The notes: generated by a model from the sequence alone, not told the origin. A stretch of 64,000 nt of DNA from Leucoraja ocellata (GCA_036785375.1 JAWMAR010000128.1:4526001-4590000), one strand, 5' to 3'. Positions 39,562 through 52,009 are shown, counted from the stretch's first letter. Numbers and translations are program-made.

Positions 39562-39584
39562 GTAACATCGACTTTCACAGAACG

Positions 39585-39925
39585 TAGTAGGTAGAATAGT
39601 ACAGCACAAGAACAGGCATTTCGACCTACAATGCCCTTTCCTCCTCGTGCTTGATATCCTTCCATTCCCTGCGTATTAACGTGCCTCGCCATTAGCCTCT
39701 TAAATGCGATGATTGTGCATACATCCATTTCTGTGTAAAAAAAAATTACCCCGCTGATCTTTCAAAGTTGTCCCTCCCGCCTTTAAGCTACGACCTCTAG
39801 ACTTTGACATTTCCACCCTGGGAAAATTGTTCTGATTGTCTACCCTATCGATGTCTCCTGTCATTTTACATACTTCTATCAAGTCTCCCCCACAGCCTCC
39901 GACGCTCCGCGGTAAACAATCCAGA
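39585..39925 (-). mobile_element. Old CR1 LINE 3' fragment
   Basis: Degenerate GDLIEVCK..DRVD..FPRV motif on the minus strand. Confidence 0.6.
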
Positions 39926-40476
39926 TTTTGTGAGCGAGAAGCATATGGGCAATAGGGTAGAATAGAACAAGGGGAAATGAGAGAAAATATGGGCACATGG
40001 ATCCAGGTAGAATGGGGGGGAAGGTGAAGGTGGAGACTGGAAGCTCTTAAGCTGGGACACAAAGGTAACAAGAGCTGGAATCTGACAAATCAGGAAGATG
40101 ATATTTTGAGAAAATAAATGAGTGAAATTCAAAGAAGGTGGATTTGCCCGGCATTGATTTTGCACTGGATAAACCCTCTACTCAAAACAAAAGTTGGGAA
40201 GTCAGAGCCAATATTATAGATGGACGACTGATACTGGTAAAATTAATTATGGTTCCAAAATTTGGGAGGGATGGGAAAGTTAGGGACAGCTCAGTCGGGG
40301 CTGCTTGAATTCTTCCATGTATTAATTTCGACTGCAATGTTAAAATGTAGACGTTGTGTATCTTTTTCTTGGAGCCACAAAGACGAAGGGGAGATTGATT
40401 AAGGTCTGTGACATCAAGTTTGGTGTAGGCAGAGCAAATACAGGGCGTTTCCACCACTCACAGTCGGGTCTGAGAG

Positions 40477-40720
40477 TTTAGTTTAGTTTAGTTTAGAGAT
40501 ACAGCGCGGAAACAGGCCCTTCGGCCCACCGGGTCCGCGCCGTCCAGCGATCCCCGCACATTAACACTATCCTACTCACACTAGGGACAACTCTTTAGAG
40601 TGTGGGAGGAAACCGAAGATCTCGGAGAAAACTCACATAGGTAACGAGGGGAACATAAAGACATCACCAGTAGTCGGCGCTGCATTCGCAGTAAGGCAGC
40701 AACTCTACCACTGCGCCACG
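40477..40720 (-). mobile_element. HE1-like V-SINE
   Basis: (ctaaa)n tail, V-domain tttcctcccacactc and tRNA-like head gtggcgcagtggtagagttgctgcc. Confidence 0.8.
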
Positions 40721-40816
40721 TGTATTTTGTGCAGAAATTGTATGACCTAGAACTCTCTGTCCAAGGTGGAAACAGAGTTAATCAGGAACCTGACGATCAG
40801 TGTTCTGTCGTTTCAG

Positions 40817-40825
40817 GTGAATTAA
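40817..40825 (+). CDS. IgNAR: Candidate TM2 exon coding part (VN*), giving cytoplasmic tail K-V-N
   Basis: tgttctgtcgtttcag|GTG AAT TAA. Phase 0 fits TM1 and the two-codon size is typical of Ig TM2. Confidence 0.65.
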   Translation: MN

Positions 40826-41380
40826 TTGACGCGGAACCCGAAGTCATCTCTTGTTTATACTTGAGTGGCGCCACAAGTCAGATGGTGACCACAGACACAT
40901 CGTGGTTCGCTCCCGCACCCTTATCTACCGGACAATTTCAACTCCGTTGCAGTAACATCAGAGAAACGAGGCCAACTTTGGTTCCCTTCTCCCATCGGTT
41001 TCATTCCTATTTTTGCTTCGTTAATCGCCGATGTTGGATAGATTTCCACAAATTCTAGCAAGAAATACATCGATTGTAACTTCTCTTTCTGCTGTCTTAC
41101 AATATGTCACGAGAGTCTGTATTACCCCGTTCTGATACTGAGATAAGTGACTGAAATTTTGCAAACCATTTTTCGCGCTAATACATAAGCTGTTGCAAAA
41201 TAATGTAAGCTCTATAAATGACTTTTGGTAACACATCTCAAGTGAAATTTCTATGCTCCAATGATGAAATTGTCTTTTATTGTGTTTACGTAAGTACTAA
41301 ATGCTTCGCTGGCTTATTAAGAGTGTGACCTTTTTTCGAATCAATTGGCCGTCAATGTAATTATAGTGGCGGTTATATGC

Positions 41381-41411
<31 letters not shown>

Positions 41412-41971
41412 GTAGAACAAATAGACGATATATACACGCTTTTATGGGGAAGAAACTGATTATGGCAAAGTGTTATCTTGGCGTTCAGTGATGGAAAGCC
41501 GAGTTTACCGGATATTCAAGATGAATTCACAGACAAAGCATACAGGTCTTGCAATGCATTGTGTATTCTCCGTGTAGCCTTTTGTTATGTACGTGATGAC
41601 GATGTCGCTGAAAATGGCATTGTGAAAATTCCTACCATGTCTGCCGGCAGCAGAAGTCGCGTCAAAGTTTTCAATGTTCTCTGAAGACCTTCGCTCACAG
41701 GAATCGGAGGATGTGAAGTGATCGCGGCATTCACTGTGGAGAACGAGTGCAGTCTTTAACTCGAAATTCTTGAGCAAAACACCAAGTCCAGAAGTAACTT
41801 AGAGGGTCGGGCAGCATATGTGAAGGACATGGATAGCAACGTTTCGGGCCGGGACCCTTCTTTAGACTCGGCCTGATGCAGTCAACTGTCCATTCCATCC
41901 ATGGATGCTGCCTGATGCTGAGTTGCTCCAGGGCGGTGTGTTTCGCTAATTCTACATTAGTGCATTGCCTT

Positions 41972-42152
41972 AACCATATATAATATAACCATATAACCAT
42001 ATAACAATTACAGCACGGAAACAGGCCATCTCGACCCTTCTAGTCCGTGCCGAACACATAATCTCCCCTAGTCCCATATACCTGCGCTCAGACCATAACC
42101 CTCCATTCCCTTCCCATCCATATAACTATCCAATTTATTTTTAAATGATAAA
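41972..42152 (-). mobile_element. CR1-type 3' fragment with (accatata)n tail
   Basis: acagcacggaaacaggcc 3' UTR motif. Confidence 0.65.
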
Positions 42153-45111
42153 GGCCAAATCATATCGCCTAGAAGCTAGCGGTAAAGATATGCTATTCCC
42201 TGCCCCTTGTTTACACTGGTAACCACTTTGATTCTGGAATGCCCGCATTTCCTGCTGAATTGTGACCACATGGATATCTACCAATTTAACGAAGTTATTC
42301 GAAAATTCAGAACCTGCACAAAATCCTCACCACAATAATGGAAGCAAAATTCGCATTCGATGTCAGAGTTAAAGCCTCACATCCATGCGGTTATCGAGGA
42401 GCAGCTGCACGATGACCTGCGCGGCATCGGTTCCTCTGTACCAGCTTCATCACATATGCAGCCCGGAATTTGATATCAGCCATACTAACATTGCAAATAG
42501 GATGAATCTGTGAGGTTAGATTACTGCGACATTAAGACACCAGGAACAATGCTGGCACTGGAGGTTACGTCAAGACCATGGCTAATTTTACATTCGAGGA
42601 GCTGCAGGTTTTAGAGTCTTGAGCAAAACACACCAAGTCCTGGAGTAACTCAGCGGGACGGGTAGCATCTCTGGAGCATATGGATTAGCGACATTTCGGG
42701 TCGGGACCCTTCTTGGACTCAGTCTGATGCAGTCACCTATGCATTCCTTCCACAGATGCTGCCTGACCCGTCGAGTTATTTCAGGACCTTGTGATTTACT
42801 AATTCAACTTTAGTTCAGATTCAATTCAATTTTATTTGTCATTGTCAGTGTACAGTACAGAGACAACGAAATGCATTGCCATCATCTTATTTCCACAAAC
42901 CATCATAGGTTTTGTCGTCAAGACAGAATATGTGGTGGTACTCTGGAAGCCTGCAAGTCAAGGGGGATTAGTGTCTAAAGATTTTCTCGCGGGAAAACAA
43001 ATGCTCTCAACAGTAGATTAGATATTCAACTGTGCTTAAAATTGTACTTTATTACTTACTTGTAGTTACTGTTAAAATGTCAGCAGATAATTCAATAAAA
43101 TGACCTATTGGCTTTTTTTAAGTGAAAATCCTGATGTCAATGTCATGCATTTCTTCTCTGACCACAGTTAAAAATACATTTTGCTTTCTTCCAATGAATA
43201 TTAGCAAATATCAAAGCAGCATGGTGCGACAAGGAACGAAGGTAGGGGTTCAATTCTGACAAACAGCTGTAATTCTGCGTCCTTTAAAAATGCTACTGAC
43301 TTGCAATGCAGATATATTTTGGAAGATTGGGTGTTTATTGAAATAGCTCAGAATTTTAAACCGATTGACAGTTGGGTGAACAAATGCTGGAGATAAAAAG
43401 GGGATAAAGAGTGGCGAAACGAGACAAAAGGGGATAAAGTTTGATGAAATGAAACAAGGGGAGAAAAAGAGCAAAACATGTTACAGAAAAGGGAGAAGAC
43501 GATTTAAATGGAGTGAAACATAAATCCAGAGGGTGTAGAAAGGGACGGGGTGGGGAGGATTCTCAGCAGGCTACATTTTCACACGTAGAGTGGTGGATTC
43601 AGTATGTGGAACGAGCTGCCAGCTGAAGTAGTTGAGCCATGTACAATAACAACATTTTAAAAATACTTATGCTGGATAGGATATTTTCAGAGAGGTATGG
43701 GCTAAGATATGGCCTGGGGCATCTTGGTCGGTATCAAAGGATTGGGCTGAAGTGTCTGTTTCCGTGCTGCAAGACTCCATGACTCTAGATTTCCCCAGCC
43801 AACGTTTACCAGATCATTTCTTATTCCAATTAATTTGGTCTTTCCCCAATTTAAGAGCTTTGTTCCTGGTTCCTCACTAACATTTTCCAAAAAACATTCT
43901 GAAATATGCAGATTTATGGTCACTCTCTCCAAAATGCTTCCCCGTTGCCACGCCCTCTACGTAACCGGCCATATGCCTTATGTTAAAGTCCAAACATGTT
44001 ATTTCTCTCGTTGGTCTGTCTGCAAACTGTGCCAAATAGCTCTGCTCAGCAACCCTCAAACACTTCACCCCACTGAGCCCTTCCCATTAAGCCAATCCTA
44101 GGTAATACTGGGAAAATTGAAATCTCCTCGCTGTACAGTATAAGACCACTTTCTGACATTTCGTTGTAATTTGCCTTCATATCATTTATTCTATCTCTTT
44201 TCGACTGTAAGTGATCAGTAATGCACCCAGAGCAAAGCGATGATGCTCGTTTATTTCATAATCTCTACTCAAATTAATTGATTTGTGGGGTCTTCGTGGA
44301 TATACCTCAATGTTGAATTAGTACCTTCCCCAATTAACAATGCACTGACACTTCCTCGTTTGCATCTTCGTCTCTCTCACATGAATATCCGACATCACAG
44401 ATATTGAGATTGCCCGGTGATGGCAACTATATCATAGCCCCACGTCGCATGTTTCTACCTTTTCTGTTAGACTTGCGTTAAGTTAGATGCTATTTAGCTT
44501 TGCATTGCCCTCGTCCACCTATTCTGCCCACTGAACATACTAACCTTTTCTCCTTTACGTCACTGTCTCTCCTCATTCCGACATCTACCCTGAGCCCCAC
44601 TGCCATATTATTGGCGTTCATGGAATGTTGCACGGTAATCCACGTTTTAACTGGAAACACGATTTTTCGATTTGTTCGGATCAGCCTTGTCTGCCAAGGT
44701 GAAATATTGTTGTTGCTCAGCAGATTGGTAGCACCGGGATTGAGCGAGCAGGAGGTGATGTCATTGGGTGAGATTAACAGGGATTAGTCATGGAAGAAGA
44801 CCAGACAAAAAACGCCGGGTAACAAAGAGTGGGTGAAGTGAGCGCGAGTTTTGTAGGAATGTGATTGGGTAAATTTGAAGGGTTTTTTCTCCAGTAGGGG
44901 GGTGTCAAGAATGACCCTCTCGTAGACATTGAATAAGAACAACCTGGTACCTTCGTTGGTTTCAAAGTCGGTGACATTGGGAGAAGGAGGAACCGATTTC
45001 GAGAGAATAATTGTGGCGAGGTACAAATAGAATGTGGAGAACAGTGTATGTGGACTGAGTTGAGGAGGTACGAAAGAAAGCTGGTTGACAACAGTATGCA
45101 CAGAACTCATT

Positions 45112-45240
45112 TAAGTCTGAAGAAGGGTTTCGGCCCGAATCGTTACCTATTTCCTTCGCTCCATAGATGGTGCTGCACCCGCTGAGTGTCTACAGCATTT
45201 TTGTGTACCTTCGATTTTCCAGCATCTGCAGTTCCTTCCT
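45112..45240 (+). mobile_element. Penelope-derived pseudo-LTR (hammerhead GAAA mutated to GAAT)
   Basis: agtctgaagaagggtttcggcccgaatcgtt followed by the family 3' end. Confidence 0.7.
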
Positions 45241-45366
45241 GAATAATTTAAGGAAAGTTTCGTTTCCGGTCTAACACTGGGAATCGCACAATAACAACAG
45301 AAGAATTTGAATTCATCATCTAAATACGACCGGATGTTGTTTTAAAGTAAACTTTACTAAAATGTA

Positions 45367-45750
45367 AATAGACAATAGACAATAGGCGCAGGAGTAGGCC
45401 ATTCGATCCTTCGAGTCAGCACCGCCATTCACTGTGATCATGGCTGACCATCCACAATCAGTACCCTGTTCCTGCCTTCTCCCCATATCCCTTGACTCCG
45501 CTATCTTTAAGAGCTCTGTCTAACTCTCTCTTGAAAGCAGTCAGAGAATGGCATCCACTCCCTTCTGAGTCAGAAAATTCCACAGACTCGCAGCTCTCTG
45601 GGTGAAAAAGTTTTTCCTCATCTACGTTCTAAATTGCCTACCCGTTATTCTTAAACATTGGTCCTTGGTTCTGGACTGACCCAACATCGGGAACATGTTT
45701 CCTGCCTCTCGGTTGTCCAATCCCTTAATAATCTTATATGTTCCAATCAG
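45367..45750 (-). mobile_element. CR1 LINE 3' fragment, (CTATTGT)n subfamily
   Basis: aatagac tail and conserved UTR. Confidence 0.85.
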
Positions 45751-45757
45751 ATTTGAC

Positions 45758-46167
45758 CGCTAGAATTTAGAAGATTGAAGGAGGATCTTATAGAAACTTA
45801 CAACATGCTTAAAGGGTTGGACAGGCTAGATGGAAGATTGTTCCAGATGTTGGGGAAGTCCTGAACAAGGGGTCACAGTTTAAGGATAAGGGGGAATCTT
45901 TTAGGACCGAGATGAGAAAAACATTTTTCACAGAGAGAGTGGTGAATCTGTGGAATTCTCTGCCACAGAAGATAGTTGAGGCCAGTTAATTTGCTATATT
46001 TAAGAGGAAGTTAGATGTGGCCCTTGTGGCTAAAGGGATCAGGGGGTATGGAGAGAAGGCAGATACGGGATACTGAGTTGGATGATCAGCCATGATCATA
46101 TTGAATGGCGGTGCAGGCTCGATGGGCCGAATGACCTACTCCTGCACCTAATTTCTATGTTTCTATG
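45758..46167 (+). mobile_element. CR1 LINE 3' fragment
   Basis: Conserved ORF2 end, UTR and tail. Confidence 0.9.
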
Positions 46168-47002
46168 TGTCTAAGATTCCCTCTCATTCTTCAAGCACGA
46201 AGAACAATATTGGACTATGGTTAACAAAACAAAACTGCCCTGGTTCAGTCGTTCAATTCAAGAGGGCAATCTTTTGCACCCAGACGGTGGCGGGTATGTG
46301 GAAAGAGCTGCCAGAGGAGGTAGTTGAGGCAAGTTCTAAAACAGAAGTTAAAATACACTTGGACAGATTCATGGATGGGATGGAAGGGGGTAGCAGGAAA
46401 TGTGCCAAATGCAGGCAAATGGGACCGCACGGACAATTTGGGATGAGGGACATGTTTACGTGCTGTATAACTCTATTGTGATTGGACGTCTTGGCCTTAA
46501 CAACAATACAATTATAATCCACGCGTTAGAAAGAATATTATCCGATTTAGTTGCTTGCCCTTCAGAAGAGTTGCAATATCACCATTGATTCATTTCAAAA
46601 ACCGCCAGTACATGGTGGAAACAAATTTCATTTTGTGAAGATAGACACAAAAACCTGGAGTAGATCAGAGGGACAGGCAGAGGCAGCATCTCTGGAGAGA
46701 AGGAATGGGTGACGTTTCGCGTCGAGACCCTTTGTGAAGTCGTGCTACCGCCACCTAATGCACATGCACCGGTATTGCAATACAGCGATTATTCGGCCAG
46801 TTAGCGCCATCCTGTGCTCATGCGCCGGTATTGCAAAACAGCGTTAATTCATCACAATTTCTGTATAAACCTTATTATATCTACATCAATAAATCTATCT
46901 TTAAAAAGCTCTGTGTAATTAGTACGCATTCTGCCAAACCTCAGAAAGGACAGATGATGATGCGTATATGGAACGAGCTGCCAGGGGAGGTATTAGGAGG
47001 TA

Positions 47003-47384
47003 TCCTATAGAAACTTACAAAATTCTTAAGGGGTTGGACAGGCTAGATGCAGGAAGATTGTTCCCGATGTTAGGGAAGTCCAGGACAAGGGGTCACAGCT
47101 TAAGGATAAGGGGGAAATCCTTTAAAACCGAGATGAGAAGAACTTTTTTCACACAGAGAGTGGTGAAGCTGTGGAATTCTCTGCCACAGAAGGTAGTTGA
47201 GGCCAGTTAATTGGCTATATTTAAGATGGGAGTTAGATGTGGTCCTTGTGGCTAATGAGATCAGGGGGTATGGAGAGAAGGCAGGTACAGGATACTGAGT
47301 TGGATGATCAGCCATGATCATATTGAATGGCGGTGCTGGCTCGAGGGGCCGAATTTCCTGCACCTATTTACTATGTTTCTATGT
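47003..47384 (+). mobile_element. CR1 LINE 3' fragment inserted in an older LINE
   Basis: ORF 46968-47210 and tail. Confidence 0.9.
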
Positions 47385-47759
47385 ATTTGAGGCAGGTACG
47401 ATAATAAGATTTAACAGGCATTTGGACAGATACATAGATAGGAAACGTTCAGAGGGATACGGGCTAAACGCAGGCAAACGAGACTAGTGCAGAAGGAGTA
47501 TCTTGGGCTGGTTTGGCCGAGGGCCCGTTTCCGTGCTTTATGATTCTATGGCAACACACGAATTGAAGATAGACACAACATGCTGGAGTAATTCAGCGTT
47601 ATGGGCAGCGTCTGGAGCTTTGTCGTTTGACGTTTGGGAACGAAACACTTGTTCAGACTGAGAGTCAGGGGAGAGGGAAAGTATAGATATGGAAGGGGAC
47701 AAAGAACATGTAAGGTGTGAAAAGGACCGATCAAGGCAGACGTTGATCAATGAAATGTA

Positions 47760-47786
47760 ATGTCTGTCTTTCTGTCTGTCTGTCTA

Positions 47787-47833
<47 letters not shown>

Positions 47834-47847
47834 TTCTACCTATCTGT
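47760..47847. repeat. (TGTC)n microsatellite at an inversion breakpoint
   Basis: Read directly from the sequence. Confidence 0.9.
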
Positions 47848-48291
47848 CAAAACTCAATGCTGAAAATACTTTATAAAAATATAGCAGCAACTAAAAACAA
47901 AATCGGCAGTTCGGGCTGCATCTGAACTCGGTGAACAATTGTTGCTTGTTGTCGAGGTTCTGTTTCATTCACGACGATGTAATCCCTGGGGGATTATTGG
48001 GCAGAATCGGTGGAATAATGTCGGGATTGGAAACTGTACAATACGAGGAAATGTGGAGTAAGGAACTGCAGATGCTGATTTACACCGAAGATAGACACAA
48101 CATGCTGGACCTTTCTGTCATGGGCCTCCTCCACTGTCAGAGTGAGGCTAAACACAAATTGGAGGAACAGCACTTCATATTTCGCTTGGGCATCTCACAG
48201 CCCGGTGGTATGAATATAGATTTCTCTAACTTTCCTTGCTTTCCCTCTCCTCCGTCCTGTCCCCACCCTAGTCCTCCTACTAGTTTGACCG

Positions 48292-48379
48292 TCCTGATTA
48301 TCTTTACTGTTTGAATGGCTCGTTCCCCTCAGCCAACAATGAGGGGAACGAGCCATTCAGACAGTAAAGATAATCAGGA
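48292..48379. repeat. Fold-back inverted repeat: 40-bp arms, 1 mismatch, 8-nt loop
   Basis: tcctgattatctttactgtttgaatggctcgttcccctca gccaacaa tgaggggaacgagccattcagacagtaaagataatcagga. Confidence 0.9.
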
Positions 48380-49539
48380 GGACGCCTCCCTCTACTGCCC
48401 CCTCTCGTACTTTGATCGCAGCTTTCATTCTGACTCTTCATTAAATCCTCGGGAGTCACGAAATGATCGGCCAGTGATCTCGAGAAATGTTAAAACTTCC
48501 CACACACATACACACACTGCCGTCCCGACTCTGACTCCACTCCTATGTAAATTAAGATTTGTTTTACCTGCTTCCCGAAAAGGCGTTGCGAATCCCGCTA
48601 TAGCAGAGACACAAGATTTATTTTAATTCATTGCCCATCAACGATCTTCATCATTCCAGTCAAATGACAGGGCAAAATGCATCACAGGCGTTTCCAACCT
48701 TCCCCGAACGTTTAAATACAAAGTATGTTACTCAGAGTAACTATCCCTAGAGTAACTCGGCGACTTGGGCAGTATTTGTGGAGGGAATGTACAGGCCGGG
48801 ACACTTCTTCATAATCGTTCGATGTCCCTTCAGTGTTCCACCGTAAAGTCTTGGCATAATGTTCTTTGCATTCGCATCCGCTTCCTTGCTGCCTTTCTTA
48901 ATTGAACAAATATATTTCCTTTGAGAAAGGTGTGCAGCCGCGGCCGCTTCCCGTCTAACTGCTGCGTTGTAGTGTACGCAGTCGTGAACGATCAATCGCC
49001 ATTCCATACTTTGCAGGTTATCAGGTTGGGAACGATGCGTAGTATGAAAAAAACAGGTCTGCAACAGAAAGTTAGCACACACTCTTCATGGACTCTAAAT
49101 ATAATCGATTGTCTCGCTATCTTTTCGCTAACAGGCGATTTTTATGACAGGATACGCATATGTTCTCTGCATGTCCGCTGTGAAACCACGTTCTCGGTCA
49201 GTTTCCTATTTCTCTCAGCAGCGAGGAAACACGGGGCACATTATCCGGGCATGCAACGGTCAGTTTGCCTTCAGCGGGGTTGGCGGTTTAACCAAAAACT
49301 CTCTGTGCGAAGGAGGAAACAATCAACAATTAGTTGGAACCCCTTGACATTTAACGGTGGAAATATTGTTTATAGAACTAGAAGTATGTCAGGAACGGTT
49401 TCATACACTTGAGCTGAAAAGTGTGGTACTTGGAGAATTAATCCATTGCAAACTAAAGTCCCAGTTTCAAATCTCAGAGGAAAATGGTGTCAAAACGTAC
49501 AAAGGGGGTATATTTGTTTATTACACTACCCTTGATCAA

Positions 49540-49745
49540 CACAGAAGGTAGTTGAGGCCAGTTCATTGGCTATATTTAAGAGGGAGTTAGATGTGGCCCT
49601 TGTGGCTAAAGCTAGCAGGGGGTATGGAGAGAAAGCAGGTACAGGATACTGAGTTGGATGATCAGCCATGATCATATTGAATGGCGGTGCAGGCTCGAAG
49701 GGCCGAGTGGCCTACTCCGTCGCCTGTTTTCTATGTTTCTATGTT
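49540..49745 (+). mobile_element. CR1 LINE 3' fragment
   Basis: UTR and tail. Confidence 0.85.
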
Positions 49746-51105
49746 TGTTATCAAGAAATACAAGAGGATCCTAATCAGGTGAGCAAGTAGGCGGAGACAT
49801 GCTAATGGTGTTTAATTCATATAACTTTGAGGTGTTGCATTTTTGCAAATCAAACCAGGGCAGAATCTTCGCTGTGAATGATGGGACCATGAGGAGTGTT
49901 GTAGAGCAGAGGAGGCCCACGAGTACGTATATAGTTCCCTGAAAGTGCTGTCACAGGTGGATAGGCCGTCGAAGAGGGCTTTTGCACATTGGTCATCGCC
50001 AATCACAGAATTCAGTGCAAAAGTTGGGATGTTACGTTGCAGTTGTACAAAACGTTACCGAGGTCGCGTTAGGAGGATCGTGTCCCATTATGCTCACCAT
50101 GCTATAGAAACTATGCCATCTTGCAGGGAAGGGCGCAGAGAAGATTTACGAGGTTGTCGCCAGGATCCAAGGCCATGTTCTTACGACTCAGGAGCTGCCA
50201 GTTGCGTTATTCTGTTCCATATTCCTACTCCAACTTAGAAATTAAGGCTAAAGGGTAACTTTATAAATACCCATCCACGTGCGCCCACATGACTTATCTC
50301 AATGGGTTATTCTACTGAACATTGCATGAAGAGCCACATGTCCTGCATTGTACTGTCAATTTACGTCATCTTTGCATTGTTTTTATTGTGTTTATCAGTG
50401 GACGTCAGTAAACTGAAAGCCATCAAAAACGATGTACGAGAACGGTGGAGAGTCTGGAGGGTCTGAACTATAAAGAGAGGTTGGATAGGTTGCGCTTTTT
50501 CTCTGAAGATGTGGGACATTGAAGAGCGACCTTACCAACGTAAAATTAAAGGCCGTGTTCATGCAAGATGTGACTCTGCGAGACAAAGCGATTCCATTGT
50601 TTTTTTATTGTTTTGCACGAACTTTTCAAGAATCTGGGTTTGGGCATAGTTGAAACACAAAGTAATACTGTGAAGTGATACTCAATCAGTTGGTTCAGGA
50701 ACTATTTTTAAATGCCAAACATTTTCTGTTTTAATTCTCTTTATCTACAGATCTCTCGAGCTATAACTGTGTTTTCGGGAAACAGGTTCAGTTGCCCCAA
50801 CAACAGTTGTCGGGAAAATGAAAAACCTCAAGGAATCTGGGAGGAAATGAACATTTTATTAAAGCAAATTGTTATTTAATGCATTTCTTCGAATTATTGG
50901 TCAACGCAACTCATTGGCCAAAAGTGAACGTGCAGAAAATTGTCCCCCACCACAATATCTGAAGGGTCTCGACCTGAAAAATATCCTATCTGTGTTCGCC
51001 AGCGATGCTGTCTGACGCACTGAGTTGCTCAGCATCTGCAGTTCCTTGTGTTCGAGTGAATCTACATCAACTGCATTGCTCTCAACAATTCATTTCGACT
51101 TCTCT

Positions 51106-52009
51106 TTAGCTGTGAGGAGGATGCTAGGAGACTACAAGGTGACTTGGATAGGCTGGGTGAGTGGGCAAATGTTTGGCAGATGCAGTATAATGTGGATAAA
51201 TGTGAGGTTATCCATTTTGGTGGCAAAAACGGGAAAGCAGACTATTATCTAAATGGTGGCCGATTGGGAAAGGGGGAGATGCAGCGAGACCTGGGTGTCG
51301 TGGTACACCAGTCATTGAAGGTAGGCATGCACGTGCAGCAGGCAGTAAAGAAAGCGAATGATATGTTAGCTTTCATTGCAAAAGGATTTGAGTATAGGAG
51401 CAGGGAGGTTCTACTGCAGTTGTACAGGGTCTTGGTGAGACCACACCTGGAGTATTGCGTACAGTTTTGGTCTCCAAATCTGAGGAAGGACATTATTGCC
51501 ATAGAGGGAGTGCAGAGACGGTTCACCAGACTGATTCCTGGGATGTCAGGACTGTCTTATGAAGAAAGACTGGATAGACTTGGTTTATACTCTCTAGAAT
51601 TTAGGAGATTGAGAGGGGATCTTATAGAAACTTACAAAATTCTTAAGGGGTTGGACAGGCTAGATGCAGGAAGATTGTTCCCGATGTTAGGGAAGTCCAG
51701 GACAAGGGGTCACAGCTTAAGGATAAGGGGGAAATCCTTTAAAACCGAGATGAGAAGAACTTTTTTCACACAGAGAGTGGTGAATCTCTGGAACTCTCTG
51801 CCACAGAGGGTAGTTGAGGCCAGTTCATTGGCTATATTTAAGAGGGAGTTAGATGTGGCCCTTGTGGCTAAGGGAATCAGGGGGTATGGAGAGAAGGCAG
51901 GTACGGGATACTGAGTTGGATGATCAGCCATGATCATATTGAATGGCGGTGCAGGCTCGAAGGGCCGAATGGCCTACTCCTGCACCTAATTTCTAATTTC
52001 TATGTTTCT
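51106..52009 (+). mobile_element. Young 5'-truncated CR1 LINE with uninterrupted ORF2 C-terminus
   Basis: 256-aa ORF 51144-51914 open to its natural stop; UTR and tail. Confidence 0.95.

Noticed and set aside
41765-42815. Similar blocks at about 41770-41960 and 42617-42813
   Set aside because: Both are diverged Penelope-derived inverted elements; an old duplication cannot be distinguished from independent insertions by eye.
49195-49232. IRF/Ets-like motifs (gtttcctatttc, gaggaa) as an IgH 3' enhancer
   Set aside because: Short motifs expected by chance; no conservation or chromatin evidence available.
50735-50865. Acceptor-like site followed by a short frame (DLSSYNCVFGKQ...) and ATTAAA
   Set aside because: No recognisable homology, no FGxG J motif or RSS, and no partner exons.
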